Assembly: GCA_963707505.1 (NCBI GenBank)
Contig: CAVPQB010000006.1
Coordinates: 640,001 to 704,000, forward strand
DNA: 64,000 nt
Source: an uncultured Gemmatimonadales bacterium
GTDB taxonomy: Bacteria; Gemmatimonadota; Gemmatimonadetes; Gemmatimonadales; Gemmatimonadaceae
Reading direction: 5' to 3'
Shown here: one piece after another, positions 1 through 9,779 of the stretch
How positions within the stretch are numbered: position 1 is the stretch's first letter
How the letters are laid out: the number at the start of each line of letters is the position of its first letter
Program-made: the position numbers and the translations under genes
The notes under the pieces: model-generated
Told to the model about the DNA's origin: nothing
Databases searched by the model: none
Seen by the model: the letters and a program-made list of their open reading frames with translations, nothing else

Positions 1-333
1 GACTTCTCCTTCGGTTGCAATGGTCTGCCCGCCTTCGGACTCGGCGCCCTCAACTGGGATTACGGGAACTACACGTGGCACACCAACCGCGACACGTACG
101 ACAAGATCGTCTTCGACGACCTCAAGTCCAACGCGACGCTCACGGCGATGCTGGCCTACCTCGCCTCGGAAGACCCGACGATGATCACGCGCGAGCGCGT
201 CGATCTCGCCGCCGAGGCAGCTCGCATGGCAGCGCAGAATCCGGCAGCTACCGGCAATGGCCGGTTCCGTGCGCCGACGACCTGGCCCGCGTGCGTCAAG
301 GCGCCGCGGACGACGAACCCGCGTCTCAAGTAG
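1..333 (+). CDS. M28/M20-family metallopeptidase, C-terminal fragment (5' end outside window)
   Basis: Frame 1 is open from base 1: DFSFGCNGLPAFGLGALNWDYGNYTWHTNRDTYDKIVFDDLKSNA..., containing the WHTxxDTxDK motif typical of M28 C-termini; stop TAG at 331-333. Confidence 0.75.
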   Translation, partial: DFSFGCNGLPAFGLGALNWDYGNYTWHTNRDTYDKIVFDDLKSNATLTAMLAYLASEDPTMITRERVDLAAEAARMAAQNPAATGNGRFRAPTTWPACVKAPRTTNPRLK

Positions 334-348
334 ATCGGGTACGAATGA

Positions 349-390
349 AACGATCCCCGGCTGCGCATCGATGCGCAGCCGGGGATCGTT
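349..390. terminator. Perfect 42-bp palindrome between convergent genes, likely bidirectional terminator
   Basis: AACGATCCCCGGCTGCGCATC followed directly by its reverse complement, then GTTT. Confidence 0.65.
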
Positions 391-405
391 GTTTCTGCTA
401 CAGAA

Positions 406-435
406 TCATCATCCCCGCAAAAGCGGGAACGATGA
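406..435. repeat. Degenerate REP-like hairpin
   Basis: TCATCATCCCCGCAAAAGCGGGAACGATGA resembles the GTCATTCCCGCGAACGCGGGAATCCA unit at 17871. Confidence 0.5.
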
Positions 436-442
436 CCCTGTA

Positions 443-742
443 CTAGCCGGTTTCCTGTGTCGCGTCAGGATGTGGCTGGGCAGGGCCATCGATCAGCGCC
501 AGTAGCGCCCGATCACTCAGCTCTTGCCAGCCAGCCGGAAAGCTCCAGAAACGGCGGATCACCATCTCGTTGACGGCAATCAGCGACTTTCGTGCTGCAG
601 ACCCGTCGCTCTCCGCCATCTCCATCTCCCGCACTCGCCATTTCTTCCCGTTGGCATCGGCCACATCGCGGCACGCTCCCTGATGCTGGATGCTCACTGT
701 TTGACGCATGATGTAGCGGACGACTGGACCATCAGAACCCAC
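443..742 (-). CDS. Small hypothetical protein (start uncertain)
   Basis: 99-aa ORF with protein-like composition (WRVRE...SLIAVNEMVIRRFWSFPAGWQELSDRALLALID), fills the gap divergent from yajQ. Confidence 0.6.
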   Translation of the reverse strand: MGSDGPVVRYIMRQTVSIQHQGACRDVADANGKKWRVREMEMAESDGSAARKSLIAVNEMVIRRFWSFPAGWQELSDRALLALIDGPAQPHPDATQETG

Positions 743-989
743 GTTTCAGAGATAGCTGCGTTATCCACGGCGATTTTGGGATGAGTAGTTCGCCAAAAGC
801 ACTACTGCTCTGACAAACTCACCGCGAATTGTGAGCCACCTTGGTCCGATGCGCGGCGATCAGTCCTGCTTTGATTATCGGAGTGCGACACCCGGAACGA
901 ATGTTCGAGTCGGTGAATTACAAGCGATACACGGCTAGTTTTGGATGACAGTTGCATTTTTTGGCACTTTCATAGCAACCCAACCCACA

Positions 990-1490
990 ATGGCACAACT
1001 GAATTCATTCGACGTTACGACAGGCGTCGACATGCAGGAAGTCGACAACGCCGTCAATCAGTCGCAGAAGGAGATCGGGCAGCGCTATGATTTCAAAGGC
1101 TCCAAATCAACGATGGAGTTCAAGCGCGCCGAGGAGATGTTGGTGCTTGTTGCCGACAGCGAGTATCAGATGAAGGCACTTACCGATGTGTTGTGGGGAA
1201 AGCTCGTGAAGCGCGGCGTTCCGGTAAAGAATCTCGACATCGGTGAAGTGAAGCCCGCCGGCGGTGATACTGTGCGTTGCGAGATAAAGCTCAAGACCGC
1301 GCTCGACAGCGACACGGCGAAGAAAGTCGCTGCAGCAATCAAGGAAGCAAAGATTCCAAAAGTTCAGGCAGCGATTCAGGCGGACCAGGTGCGCGTGAGC
1401 TCACCATCGCGCGACGATCTGCAGAACGCCATGGGCGTGCTTCGCGCTGGCGACTTCGGCGTCGAGCTCAAGTTCGGCAACTATCGCTGA
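990..1490 (+). CDS. yajQ: YajQ-family nucleotide (c-di-GMP)-binding protein
   Basis: SFDV...QEVDNAVNQ...QRYDFKG, KVQAAIQADQVRVS, RDDLQ, C-terminal FGNYR. Confidence 0.93.
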   Translation: MAQLNSFDVTTGVDMQEVDNAVNQSQKEIGQRYDFKGSKSTMEFKRAEEMLVLVADSEYQMKALTDVLWGKLVKRGVPVKNLDIGEVKPAGGDTVRCEIKLKTALDSDTAKKVAAAIKEAKIPKVQAAIQADQVRVSSPSRDDLQNAMGVLRAGDFGVELKFGNYR

Positions 1491-1493
1491 GCG

Positions 1494-2042
1494 GTGGCAT
1501 CGCCGGTCGCAAGAACTGATGAGATGACAATTCGCGCTGCGACATGCGAAGACGCCGCCGCGCTCGCTGAATTCGCAGAGCGATCGTTTCGCGATACATT
1601 CGGGCGCGACAATGCGCAGTCGGACATGGCGCAGTATATCGCGAGTGCATTCAGTGAGGAGATGCAGCGTGCCGAGATCGCCGACTCGCGACGCGTCGTC
1701 CTGTTGGCGGAGAGGGGCGGGGCAATTGCAGGCTATGCGCAGCTACTGACCGACTCCGCGCCTGCCGAGATCGCGATGGAGCTGCCGGTCGTCGAGCTTG
1801 AACGGTTTTATGTCGCGCACGAGTGGCATGGACGCGGGATCGCGCAGCAACTCATGGCGCGCGCGACCGAGGCAGCATCTCAGTCGAATGCCGCGACTTT
1901 ATGGCTGGCCGTGTGGGAGCGTAATCCGAGAGCGATAGCGTTCTATCGCAAGTCTGGATTTGTGGACGTCGGCTCCAAGCTTTTTGTGCTTGGCAGCGAC
2001 CGTCAGACAGATCGTGTCATGAGCCGGCCACTGCGGAAGTGA
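1494..2042 (+). CDS. GNAT-family N-acetyltransferase (PaiA-like)
   Basis: ELERFYV...HGRGIAQQLM (motif A), LWLAVWERNPRAIAFYRKSGF. Confidence 0.9.
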   Translation: MASPVARTDEMTIRAATCEDAAALAEFAERSFRDTFGRDNAQSDMAQYIASAFSEEMQRAEIADSRRVVLLAERGGAIAGYAQLLTDSAPAEIAMELPVVELERFYVAHEWHGRGIAQQLMARATEAASQSNAATLWLAVWERNPRAIAFYRKSGFVDVGSKLFVLGSDRQTDRVMSRPLRK

Positions 2043-2056
2043 CCTGCCGCAGATCG

Positions 2057-2455
2057 TCAGTTGCATGCGGGCGCGCCGTCGAACACCGCCGGTGCAACAG
2101 GAGCCGTTCCGACAAAGATCGCGCATGTATGACCCGGCGCGTTGAGGTGCGTCGCCTTGGCACTCCAGCCGGACACTCCGGAAGCCGTCGCGACGACGGT
2201 GACATTCTGCGATGCACCGAAGGTGTTTGCCGAGTCGCTTGGTGTCGTGTAGGTGTGTGAGAAGTACGCGCCTGCGTTGGCGGATGCGTACGCCTCTTCC
2301 GATATCTCGAGATTCTTCAGATCGGTCTTGACCGCGGCAAGGTAAGCCCGCTCCTTGACCGCGCTGTATTGAGGAATTGCGATCGCCGCCAGAATGCCGA
2401 TGATCACGATCACAATCAGCAGCTCGATGAGGGTAAAGCCTCTGTTGACTCTCAT
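2057..2455 (-). CDS. Type IV pilin / prepilin-type N-terminal cleavage-methylation protein
   Basis: MRVNRG|FTLIELLIVIVIIGILAAIAIP class III signal with E5; C-terminal Cys pair. Confidence 0.92.
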   Translation of the reverse strand: MRVNRGFTLIELLIVIVIIGILAAIAIPQYSAVKERAYLAAVKTDLKNLEISEEAYASANAGAYFSHTYTTPSDSANTFGASQNVTVVATASGVSGWSAKATHLNAPGHTCAIFVGTAPVAPAVFDGAPACN

Positions 2456-2521
2456 TGGGTTTGCCCTCACGTCGACAGGTTTCCAGTAGGTGCTTCGTCC
2501 TGATGGACACGATCGGACTTG

Positions 2522-2536
2522 GCAACGCCCGCGCCA
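2522..2536 (-). promoter_or_regulatory. Sigma54 (-24/-12) promoter of pilin gene
   Basis: Minus strand TGGCGCGGGCGTTGC = GG-N10-GC with TTGC, about 65 nt upstream of the pilin ATG; imperfect inverted repeat CGTAAG...CTTACG at 2552-2580 just upstream. Confidence 0.65.
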
Positions 2537-2666
2537 CGTTGTGGCACTGACCGTAAGGTCTTGCTGCGTAACGGCTTACGTCTCTACCATGCCTGGGCGA
2601 AACGTTTGGTGCCCGTTGTAATCCGCAACCATTATTGCGTTTCGCGGCTGTGGCGGCCGGGATTCG

Positions 2667-3845
2667 TCAGCTGGCTGCAGGTACCTTGACCGGCTTGATC
2701 GCGTGACCGTCGCGGATGTCGTCCGAGGGGTTGAGCGCGACCGTCGCTCCCTCGTCCACACCCGATAGTATCTCTACTGTGGCGCCGTAATCACGCCCAA
2801 CAGCGACCTTGTGATAGTGCGCGATGTTATGGTCATCGATCACTATTACCTGAGTGCCGCCAGCATTGAAGAGAAGTGCGTTGGCCGGTACGACAACCGG
2901 CGCGACCATTCCGCCGGTGGCAAGATTTACCTGCACGAAGCTCCCAGAGAGCAGGGAATGATCGGTATTCGCGACGTCCACTTCTACGAGAAGAGTCCGC
3001 GTGCCGGGATCGAGTGCCGCAGCAGTGCGTGCAACCTTGCCGGTAAATACGCGGTCGTGCTGCTCTGCCAGCGATACACTTGCCTTCTGTCCGATCTTGA
3101 TAGAAGGCGCCAGCGATTGCGGCACGGTCACGTAAACGCGCATCGTATCTGTCTGCGACACGCGAAAGAGTCCAAGTCCGCCGGTGCCGGCACCGCTGGT
3201 TCCGGGACTCACGAGGGTGCCGACGTCGACGTTGCGTGCGGTAACCACGCCAGCGAATGGCGCAGCGACCTTGCTGAATCCCTGCACGCTCGTGAGGCGC
3301 TGAACGTTGGCACGTTGTGCATTGGCTGTAGCCGCGCTCGCCTCGTAGGCCGCTGTTTTCTCGTCCAGTTCCTGCTGGCTCACTGCACTGTCGCGCGCGA
3401 GTGACTTCCACCGATCCAGGTCGCTCCTTGCGAGCGCGAGTGACGCGTTTGCCTGACTCAGCTGCGCCCGTGCTTGCTGTACTTCCTGATCCACTTCGGG
3501 TGCTTCTATGGTCGCGAGCACCTGTCCGTCCTTTACATTGGCACCGATGTCGGCATACCAGCGACGCACGTATCCAGCGGAGCGCGCGTAGACGACGGCC
3601 TCGTGCAGTGGCTGAAGCGTTCCAGGCAGAACGAGCGGCGAGCTCTTTGCTCGCACAGCTGTCGAGACCGACGTCGGCATCGCGGTGTCGGAAACCGCGC
3701 GGACTTCGTCAGCCAGCGCGCGGCGCTGTGTGATCCGGGGAACGATTCCGATCGCAAGCAAGATCGCGATGATGCCGGCGAACACCGGCACTGTCGCGCG
3801 CGAGCGGCGTCGCGGGGCGGGGGGATGGGATGAAGAGTGCGTCAT
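2667..3845 (-). CDS. RND efflux periplasmic adaptor (membrane fusion protein)
   Basis: N-terminal TM, lipoyl halves (VYARSAGYV..., VAAPFAGVVT), helical hairpin; overlaps permease stop. Confidence 0.92.
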   Translation of the reverse strand: MTHSSSHPPAPRRRSRATVPVFAGIIAILLAIGIVPRITQRRALADEVRAVSDTAMPTSVSTAVRAKSSPLVLPGTLQPLHEAVVYARSAGYVRRWYADIGANVKDGQVLATIEAPEVDQEVQQARAQLSQANASLALARSDLDRWKSLARDSAVSQQELDEKTAAYEASAATANAQRANVQRLTSVQGFSKVAAPFAGVVTARNVDVGTLVSPGTSGAGTGGLGLFRVSQTDTMRVYVTVPQSLAPSIKIGQKASVSLAEQHDRVFTGKVARTAAALDPGTRTLLVEVDVANTDHSLLSGSFVQVNLATGGMVAPVVVPANALLFNAGGTQVIVIDDHNIAHYHKVAVGRDYGATVEILSGVDEGATVALNPSDDIRDGHAIKPVKVPAAS

Positions 3846-6800
3846 GAGTGCAACAGTGGGTCGTCCACGCCACCCGGCGGCCGGGTGCGCAGAACGCTGT
3901 AAACAACGGGAACGAGCACGAGTGTCGCAACTGTCGCGATGATCAATCCACCTATCACCGCTCTGCCAAGTGGTGCATTCTGCTCACCGCCCTCACCGAA
4001 CCCGAGCGCCATCGGGAGCATCCCGATAATCATCGCGAGCGCGGTCATGAGTACAGGGCGAAGGCGTGTCCTGCCTGCATCGAGGGCTGCCTCGACAGCA
4101 TTGAGCCCGTCTGCCCGGCGTGAATTCGCAAAAGTCACGACGAGGATACTATTGGCAGTCGCAACGCCCATCGCCATCACTGCACCCATGAGCGACGGGA
4201 CACTGAAGGTCGTGCGCGTTACGAAGAGCATCCACACGATTCCGACCAGCGCCGCTGGAAGCGCCATGATGATGATGAAGGGATCCAGCCACGACTGAAA
4301 GTTCACGACCATCAGGAAGTACACAAGCAGGATGGCGAAGGCAAGGCCGAAGCCCAGTCCTGTGAACGCATCGCGCATGCTCGACACCTGTCCCCGCATC
4401 ACGATGGTCGTACCGATGGGCATCCTTTTCTGTATTTGTGCGACGACGTGATCGATGTCGCGCGCGACGCTGCCAAGGTCGCGGCCTTCCGCACCGGCGT
4501 AAACATCATACACGCGCTGCACATTATAGTGGTCCACCACTGCTACGCCACTGCGCCGCGACTCGGTGGCGAGGTTGCCGAAGAGTTGCGGTGCCACACC
4601 TGCGGCAATCACTGGCGTCGATTCCAGATCGCTGAGCGACGACAGTCGATATTCCGGCGTCTGAACGGCAACCTTGTATGACACGCCGTTCTGCGGATTG
4701 AGGAAGAAATTCGGTGCTGTCTGGCCGCTCGAGCTGAGCGAGATCAGAAGACTGTTCGCAACGTCGCGTTGCGTGAGACCGAGCTGCGACGCTCGCGTAC
4801 GGTCGACGGTGAAGTAGAGCTCCGGCGCGTCGATCACCTGTTGCTGGCGCACGTCCACCGCTCCCGGGATGTGCCGCATCGAGTCTGCGATCTGGCTCGC
4901 GATCGCGTAGCCATCGACGTTCTTGCCGGGCACCACCTGCACATCGATCGCCGCAGGAAGACCAAGATTGAGTATGCGATTGACTATGTCGGCGGGCTGG
5001 AATGCGAACGTGACGCCGGGAAACCGCTGTCTGAAGTCGTCACGAAGCACGTTCATGTATTCGGCGGTCGAGCGAGCGCGGCCCTCATTGAGCGAGATCA
5101 GCAGCTCGGCATCGGCCGGCCCGATCGTCGCGTTGTCGCCCGTCGACAGGTTGATGCTGCTGGACGGAACTCCGACGTTAGCGAGGATCAGCCCGAGATC
5201 GCTGGGCGGAACGTCTTCGCGAATTGCATGCTCGACCTGCGCTATGATGGCGTCCGTCTGCTCGAGCCGCGTTCCCGCCGGAGCACGGACATGTACCCGA
5301 AACTGGCCCGCGTCGACACGCGGAAAGAAATCCTGACCCACGAAGGGGAGCAATACCACCGATGCGAGCACGGCACCCACTGCTCCCAGCGCGACGCGAC
5401 GCCGATGCTGGAGCGCCGTCGTCAGCAGGTTGCTGTACCATGCGCGCATGCGGTCGAAATGCGTCTCGAACCAGCGATTCACCCGCCAGAAGATGTCCGA
5501 TACGGCCTCGCCGCCATGGTGCGCCGCGTACATCGTTACTTCGGCCGGCAGGAGATACCGCACCATCAACGGTACGAGAGTACGCGACAGCACGTACGAC
5601 GCGAGCATCGCGAATATGACTGCCATCGCGAGTGGTTGAAACAGCGCGCCCGTGACGCCGCCGAGGAAGAACACCGGCGTGAACACGACACAGATGGCGA
5701 GCGTCGAGACAAATGCGGGGACAGCGATCTCGTCGGCACCATCGAGGATCGCCTGCATGAGCGGTTTGCCCGTTCCCAGGTTTCGATGAATGCTTTCTAT
5801 CGTGACCGTGGCGTCATCCACCAGAATTCCGACTGCAAGCGCGAAACCGCCAAGAGTCATGACGTTGAGACTCTGACCGAGTGCGGCAAGGCATATGATC
5901 GAGACGAGGATGGACAGCGGGATCGACGTGGCCACCACCAGCGTGCTGCGCCAACTGCCGAGAAAGAGCAGTATCATCGCCGCGGTCAGCAGTCCGGCTA
6001 TGATCGCTTCGCGAAGTACCCCGTGCAACGAGGCGCGCACGTACAGCGACTCGTCCAGCATGAGATTGAGCGAGACATCCGCGGGAAGCGCCGCCTTGAC
6101 GGCTGGCAACGCAGCCTTGATGCGCGCAACTACGTCCAGTGTCGACGCGTTGCCGTTCTTGACGACGCTCTGATAGACGCCGCGATGCCCGTTCTCCCGA
6201 ACGAGGTTCGTCTGTACTGCATAGCCATCGCGAACCTGTGCGACGTCCTTGATGTAGACTGTGGTTCCGTGCACCGTCTTGATCGGCATGTCGTTGAGCA
6301 TCGACGCAACGGTGGGGCTCGAGTTCAGTCTTACGTAATACTCCCGGCTGCCAAACTTCGCCGTACCCGACGGTAACACGAGATTTTGCGCGTTGATCGC
6401 ATCGCTGACATCCGACGGTGAAACGCCCTTGGCGTACATCGCTTCCGGATTCAGATCGACCATGATCTGACGTGCCTTTCCACCGTATGGTGCTGGCAGC
6501 GACGCGCCCTGAACCGTCGCGAGCTGCAGTCGCATCGTGTTGGTCGCAAGATCGTAGAGCTCGGTCTCCGATAGTGTCTTGCTATCGACGCCGATCTGTA
6601 GAACGGGGACATCGGTCGCGTTGAAGCGAAGGATGATCGGCGGCTGGATTCCGGGCGGCAGATTCTTGACGGCGGTCTGCGACGCGGAGGTGATCTCCGC
6701 GAGCGCGGTCGGTATGTCTGTGCCGGGCTGGAAATAGACCTTGATGACGCCAACGCCGTTGATCGACTGCGATTCGATGTGCTCGATGCTTCCTACGGTC

Positions 6801-7018
6801 GCGCTGTAGTAGCGTTCCGCTGTCGAGACGATCCGGCGTTCCATCTCTTCCGGCGGCATTCCGCCGTACTGCCACACCACGGTCACCAGCGGGATGTTGA
6901 TCGCGGGGAAGATGTCGGTCGGCATCTTGAGCGCCGAAACGACTCCGAACAGCGCGATCAGTATCGAGACCACGACGAAGGTGTACGGCCTGCGAAGCGC
7001 GAGTTTGACGATCCACAT
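3842..7018 (-). CDS. RND efflux permease (AcrB/AcrD/AcrF family)
   Basis: 1058 aa; TM4 GILVDDATV, TM11 RLRPVLMT, AVIGGLI. Confidence 0.95.
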   Translation of the reverse strand: MWIVKLALRRPYTFVVVSILIALFGVVSALKMPTDIFPAINIPLVTVVWQYGGMPPEEMERRIVSTAERYYSATVGSIEHIESQSINGVGVIKVYFQPGTDIPTALAEITSASQTAVKNLPPGIQPPIILRFNATDVPVLQIGVDSKTLSETELYDLATNTMRLQLATVQGASLPAPYGGKARQIMVDLNPEAMYAKGVSPSDVSDAINAQNLVLPSGTAKFGSREYYVRLNSSPTVASMLNDMPIKTVHGTTVYIKDVAQVRDGYAVQTNLVRENGHRGVYQSVVKNGNASTLDVVARIKAALPAVKAALPADVSLNLMLDESLYVRASLHGVLREAIIAGLLTAAMILLFLGSWRSTLVVATSIPLSILVSIICLAALGQSLNVMTLGGFALAVGILVDDATVTIESIHRNLGTGKPLMQAILDGADEIAVPAFVSTLAICVVFTPVFFLGGVTGALFQPLAMAVIFAMLASYVLSRTLVPLMVRYLLPAEVTMYAAHHGGEAVSDIFWRVNRWFETHFDRMRAWYSNLLTTALQHRRRVALGAVGAVLASVVLLPFVGQDFFPRVDAGQFRVHVRAPAGTRLEQTDAIIAQVEHAIREDVPPSDLGLILANVGVPSSSINLSTGDNATIGPADAELLISLNEGRARSTAEYMNVLRDDFRQRFPGVTFAFQPADIVNRILNLGLPAAIDVQVVPGKNVDGYAIASQIADSMRHIPGAVDVRQQQVIDAPELYFTVDRTRASQLGLTQRDVANSLLISLSSSGQTAPNFFLNPQNGVSYKVAVQTPEYRLSSLSDLESTPVIAAGVAPQLFGNLATESRRSGVAVVDHYNVQRVYDVYAGAEGRDLGSVARDIDHVVAQIQKRMPIGTTIVMRGQVSSMRDAFTGLGFGLAFAILLVYFLMVVNFQSWLDPFIIIMALPAALVGIVWMLFVTRTTFSVPSLMGAVMAMGVATANSILVVTFANSRRADGLNAVEAALDAGRTRLRPVLMTALAMIIGMLPMALGFGEGGEQNAPLGRAVIGGLIIATVATLVLVPVVYSVLRTRPPGGVDDPLLHS

Positions 7019-8353
7019 CTATCTGAGCTCCCGGCCAAGCACGCGCTCGAGCGTGGCTCGCGCGATCTGATAATCGTAGCGTGCCTGCACGAGCGAAGTC
7101 TCTGCCTGCGCGAGATTGAGCTGCGACGTTACTTCGTCGAGAAAGGTCGACGCGCCGGCTCTGTAGCGCAGCTCCTGCACGCGTAGATCTTCGCGCGCGG
7201 CATCCACTGCCTCGCGCGCGAATCCGATCCTCTGTGCCGCCACAGTCGCGTCGTCGTACGACTTCACCGCATCGGCGCGCACACCGCGCTCGGTATCCAC
7301 TGCGGCTGAGTGCGCTGCCGCAGCGTCCGCCTCTGCGCGCGTTACGGAGGCACCGCGCTGGAACCCGTTGAAGAGAGGATACGAAATCCCAAGCTGCAAT
7401 GTCCATCCGCCGACCGGGCGCGGACTCACCGACCGTTGCTCCAGCCATCCGTAACCGCCGCTCGCAAGAACCGTAGGCAGGTACTGTGCGCGCGCTGCTG
7501 TAATAGCGGCGTCCGCCGATTGCGCTGCGGCCGTCGCTGCGCGCGCCACCGGCGCTGCGCTCACTGCATTCCGCACCAGCGAATCACGAGAGACCGGAAG
7601 CGGAAGCGAATCATCATCGGGAACGGGTGCGGCACCGACAGGCACGTCGCTCCCGATTGTGCGGGCCAACGCGAACTGGCTTGCTGTCTTCTGCGATCCA
7701 GCCGTTGCAAGTGCGTCCCGCGCCGTGGCGAGGGCGACCCGCGCTCGAAGTACGTCGGAGCGTGTCGTCGTGCCCGCTCGCAGGCGGCTGTCGGCATCCC
7801 GCATTGCCAGCTGTGCCTGCGTAACCTGTGCTGTAGCGACGTCGACGAGCTCGCTCGCTCGCAACACGTTGAAGTAAGCCTGCTTGGTCGCGAGCCGCAC
7901 ATCGTATTCAGTCGCGTTCAGACCCGCATCGGCAGCGACCTGTTGCGCATCGGCGCTCTCACGCTCCGCACCCCGTCGTCCACCGGTGAAGACCGGAACC
8001 GCTGCCGAGATCCCGGAGCCGTAGATATCGTCCAGCGGCCTGACCGAAGACGACACCGGAATTCCGTTAGTGACGCTACTTCCACCTTGAACGGTCGTTC
8101 CACGACCGGCGCTGGAGGCGACGCCGAGTGATGGCAGGTATTCGCCGGTAACGACGCGGCGGTTTGCTCGGGCGGTTGTGACCGCTGCCTTGCCCGCGGC
8201 GAGCGCCGGGTTTACACGCGCGGCCATCGCCAACGCCTCGGGCAGTGTTACGGTGCGAAGCGAGTCGGCAGGCTGCTGGGCGCGCATCAGCGCAGGTAAC
8301 ATCACGGCGGCGGCGAGAAACGCGCGCAGCCTTAAAAAAAGTGGAACCGGAAT
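7019..8353 (-). CDS. TolC-family outer membrane efflux protein (start uncertain)
   Basis: Two OEP repeats (YLPSL...PVFTGG; YLPTV...YPLFNG; RYRAGAST), adjacent to RND genes; no canonical start before the signal peptide, an A7 run lies at 8334-8340. Confidence 0.85.
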   Translation of the reverse strand: MPVPLFLRLRAFLAAAVMLPALMRAQQPADSLRTVTLPEALAMAARVNPALAAGKAAVTTARANRRVVTGEYLPSLGVASSAGRGTTVQGGSSVTNGIPVSSSVRPLDDIYGSGISAAVPVFTGGRRGAERESADAQQVAADAGLNATEYDVRLATKQAYFNVLRASELVDVATAQVTQAQLAMRDADSRLRAGTTTRSDVLRARVALATARDALATAGSQKTASQFALARTIGSDVPVGAAPVPDDDSLPLPVSRDSLVRNAVSAAPVARAATAAAQSADAAITAARAQYLPTVLASGGYGWLEQRSVSPRPVGGWTLQLGISYPLFNGFQRGASVTRAEADAAAAHSAAVDTERGVRADAVKSYDDATVAAQRIGFAREAVDAAREDLRVQELRYRAGASTFLDEVTSQLNLAQAETSLVQARYDYQIARATLERVLGRELR

Positions 8354-8508
8354 GTTGGTTGGAGCTGGGATGGTACGACTTGATGTCGACTTGAGCGTTG
8401 GCGGCGTCCTGCCAGGACAGATACGCCCTGGTGCCCCCGCCTGTTGCGGCGGGTGGCGGCTGGAGTTCCGATCTGCTAAGCTACGCGTTCCATGACATTG
8501 TGTCTTCC

Positions 8509-9345
8509 ATGAGTGTTCTTGCCATGACGGGGCTGGTCGCGATCGGTTCATTCGCGGCGGGCATGCTTGGAGCACTCACGGGGCTCGGCGGTGGCATGAT
8601 CATCGTACCCATGCTCACTCTGGTGTTCGGTGTGGATATCAGGTATGCGATCGGCGCTTCACTGATTTCAGTGATAGCGACGTCGTCCGGTGCGGCTGCT
8701 GCGTATGTGCGCGAGGGCTACACCAACATTCGAATTGGAATGTTCCTGGAAGTCGCGACTACGGTCGGCGCGCTCGGGGGAGCCTACATCGCCGGACTCA
8801 TCTCGACGAGCGCCATAGCGGTAATCTTCTCGCTGGTCCTCGCATACTCGGCGTACCGGTCGTTTCAGCCGCGTGAAGAACATTCCATCGACGGCCCGCC
8901 GGACAAGTGGGCCACGCGGCTCAGAATGGACGGCACATATCCGACGGCTGAGGGTCTGCAGTCCTACACCGTCCACGCAGTGCCGACCGGCTTCTCGCTC
9001 ATGTTCCTCGCGGGAATCCTCTCGGGACTGCTCGGCATCGGATCGGGAGCGGTGAAGGTGCTCGCAATGGATCAGGCGATGCGTCTTCCATTCAAGGTTT
9101 CCACGACGACGAGCAACTTCATGATCGGCGTGACCGCGGCAGCCAGCGCGGGCGTCTATCTGCATCGCGGGTACATCGATCCTGTGCTCGCGTTTCCCGT
9201 CATGCTGGGTGTGCTTGCCGGTGCGCTTACCGGTGCACGAGTTCTTGCCGGCGCCAAGGTGCGTGCACTGCGCACCGTGTTCACCGTCGTCATAGTGTTT
9301 CTCGCCGTTGAGATGGCGTACAAGGGTCTGCGAGGCGGCATATGA
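8509..9345 (+). CDS. TauE/SafE-family sulfite exporter-like permease
   Basis: GALTGLGGG and SGLLGIGSG repeats, TTTSNFMIGVTAA, multiple TM segments. Confidence 0.9.
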   Translation: MSVLAMTGLVAIGSFAAGMLGALTGLGGGMIIVPMLTLVFGVDIRYAIGASLISVIATSSGAAAAYVREGYTNIRIGMFLEVATTVGALGGAYIAGLISTSAIAVIFSLVLAYSAYRSFQPREEHSIDGPPDKWATRLRMDGTYPTAEGLQSYTVHAVPTGFSLMFLAGILSGLLGIGSGAVKVLAMDQAMRLPFKVSTTTSNFMIGVTAAASAGVYLHRGYIDPVLAFPVMLGVLAGALTGARVLAGAKVRALRTVFTVVIVFLAVEMAYKGLRGGI

Positions 9346-9740
9346 GCGAGCCGCTGTGGCGCACCGGTCGTTGGAGCGACGAGCACGTAGAGCTCTTCGT
9401 CGGAAATCTCCTGCGTTGGGGAGTGATCATAGCCGCGGCTGTGACTGTTGTCGGTGGCGCGCTCTTTCTCTCGTTGCATGGCGGGAGAATCGCGGATTAT
9501 CACGTATTCCATGGACAACCCGACGCACTCAAATCCGTCTCCGACGTCGTGGCCAACGCGCTCCGGTTCCAGCCGGAGGCGGTGATCCAGCTCGGGCTGC
9601 TGTTGTTGATCGCAACGCCGATAGCTCGTGTCGCACTCTCCCTGCTCGCATTCGTGAAGCAGCACGACGGTACCTACATTGTAGTTACGGCGATCGTGCT
9701 GGGCTTGCTTCTCTACAGCTTGACTGGAGCGGGCGCCTAG
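9342..9740 (+). CDS. DUF1634-family membrane protein
   Basis: LLRWGV, IQLGLLLLIATPIARV; ATGA overlap with the TauE gene, its usual partner. Confidence 0.85.
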   Translation: MSEPLWRTGRWSDEHVELFVGNLLRWGVIIAAAVTVVGGALFLSLHGGRIADYHVFHGQPDALKSVSDVVANALRFQPEAVIQLGLLLLIATPIARVALSLLAFVKQHDGTYIVVTAIVLGLLLYSLTGAGA

Positions 9741-9779
9741 CCTGCCCACCCAAACCGTTCTCCGTAACTGGTTACGTCA

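Noticed and set aside
4769..6376. 535-aa plus-strand ORF (also 29951-31729, 46862-48163, 42941-43882 and similar)
   Set aside because: Antisense shadows of well-supported genes; Arg/His-rich without motifs, expected from high-GC codon bias
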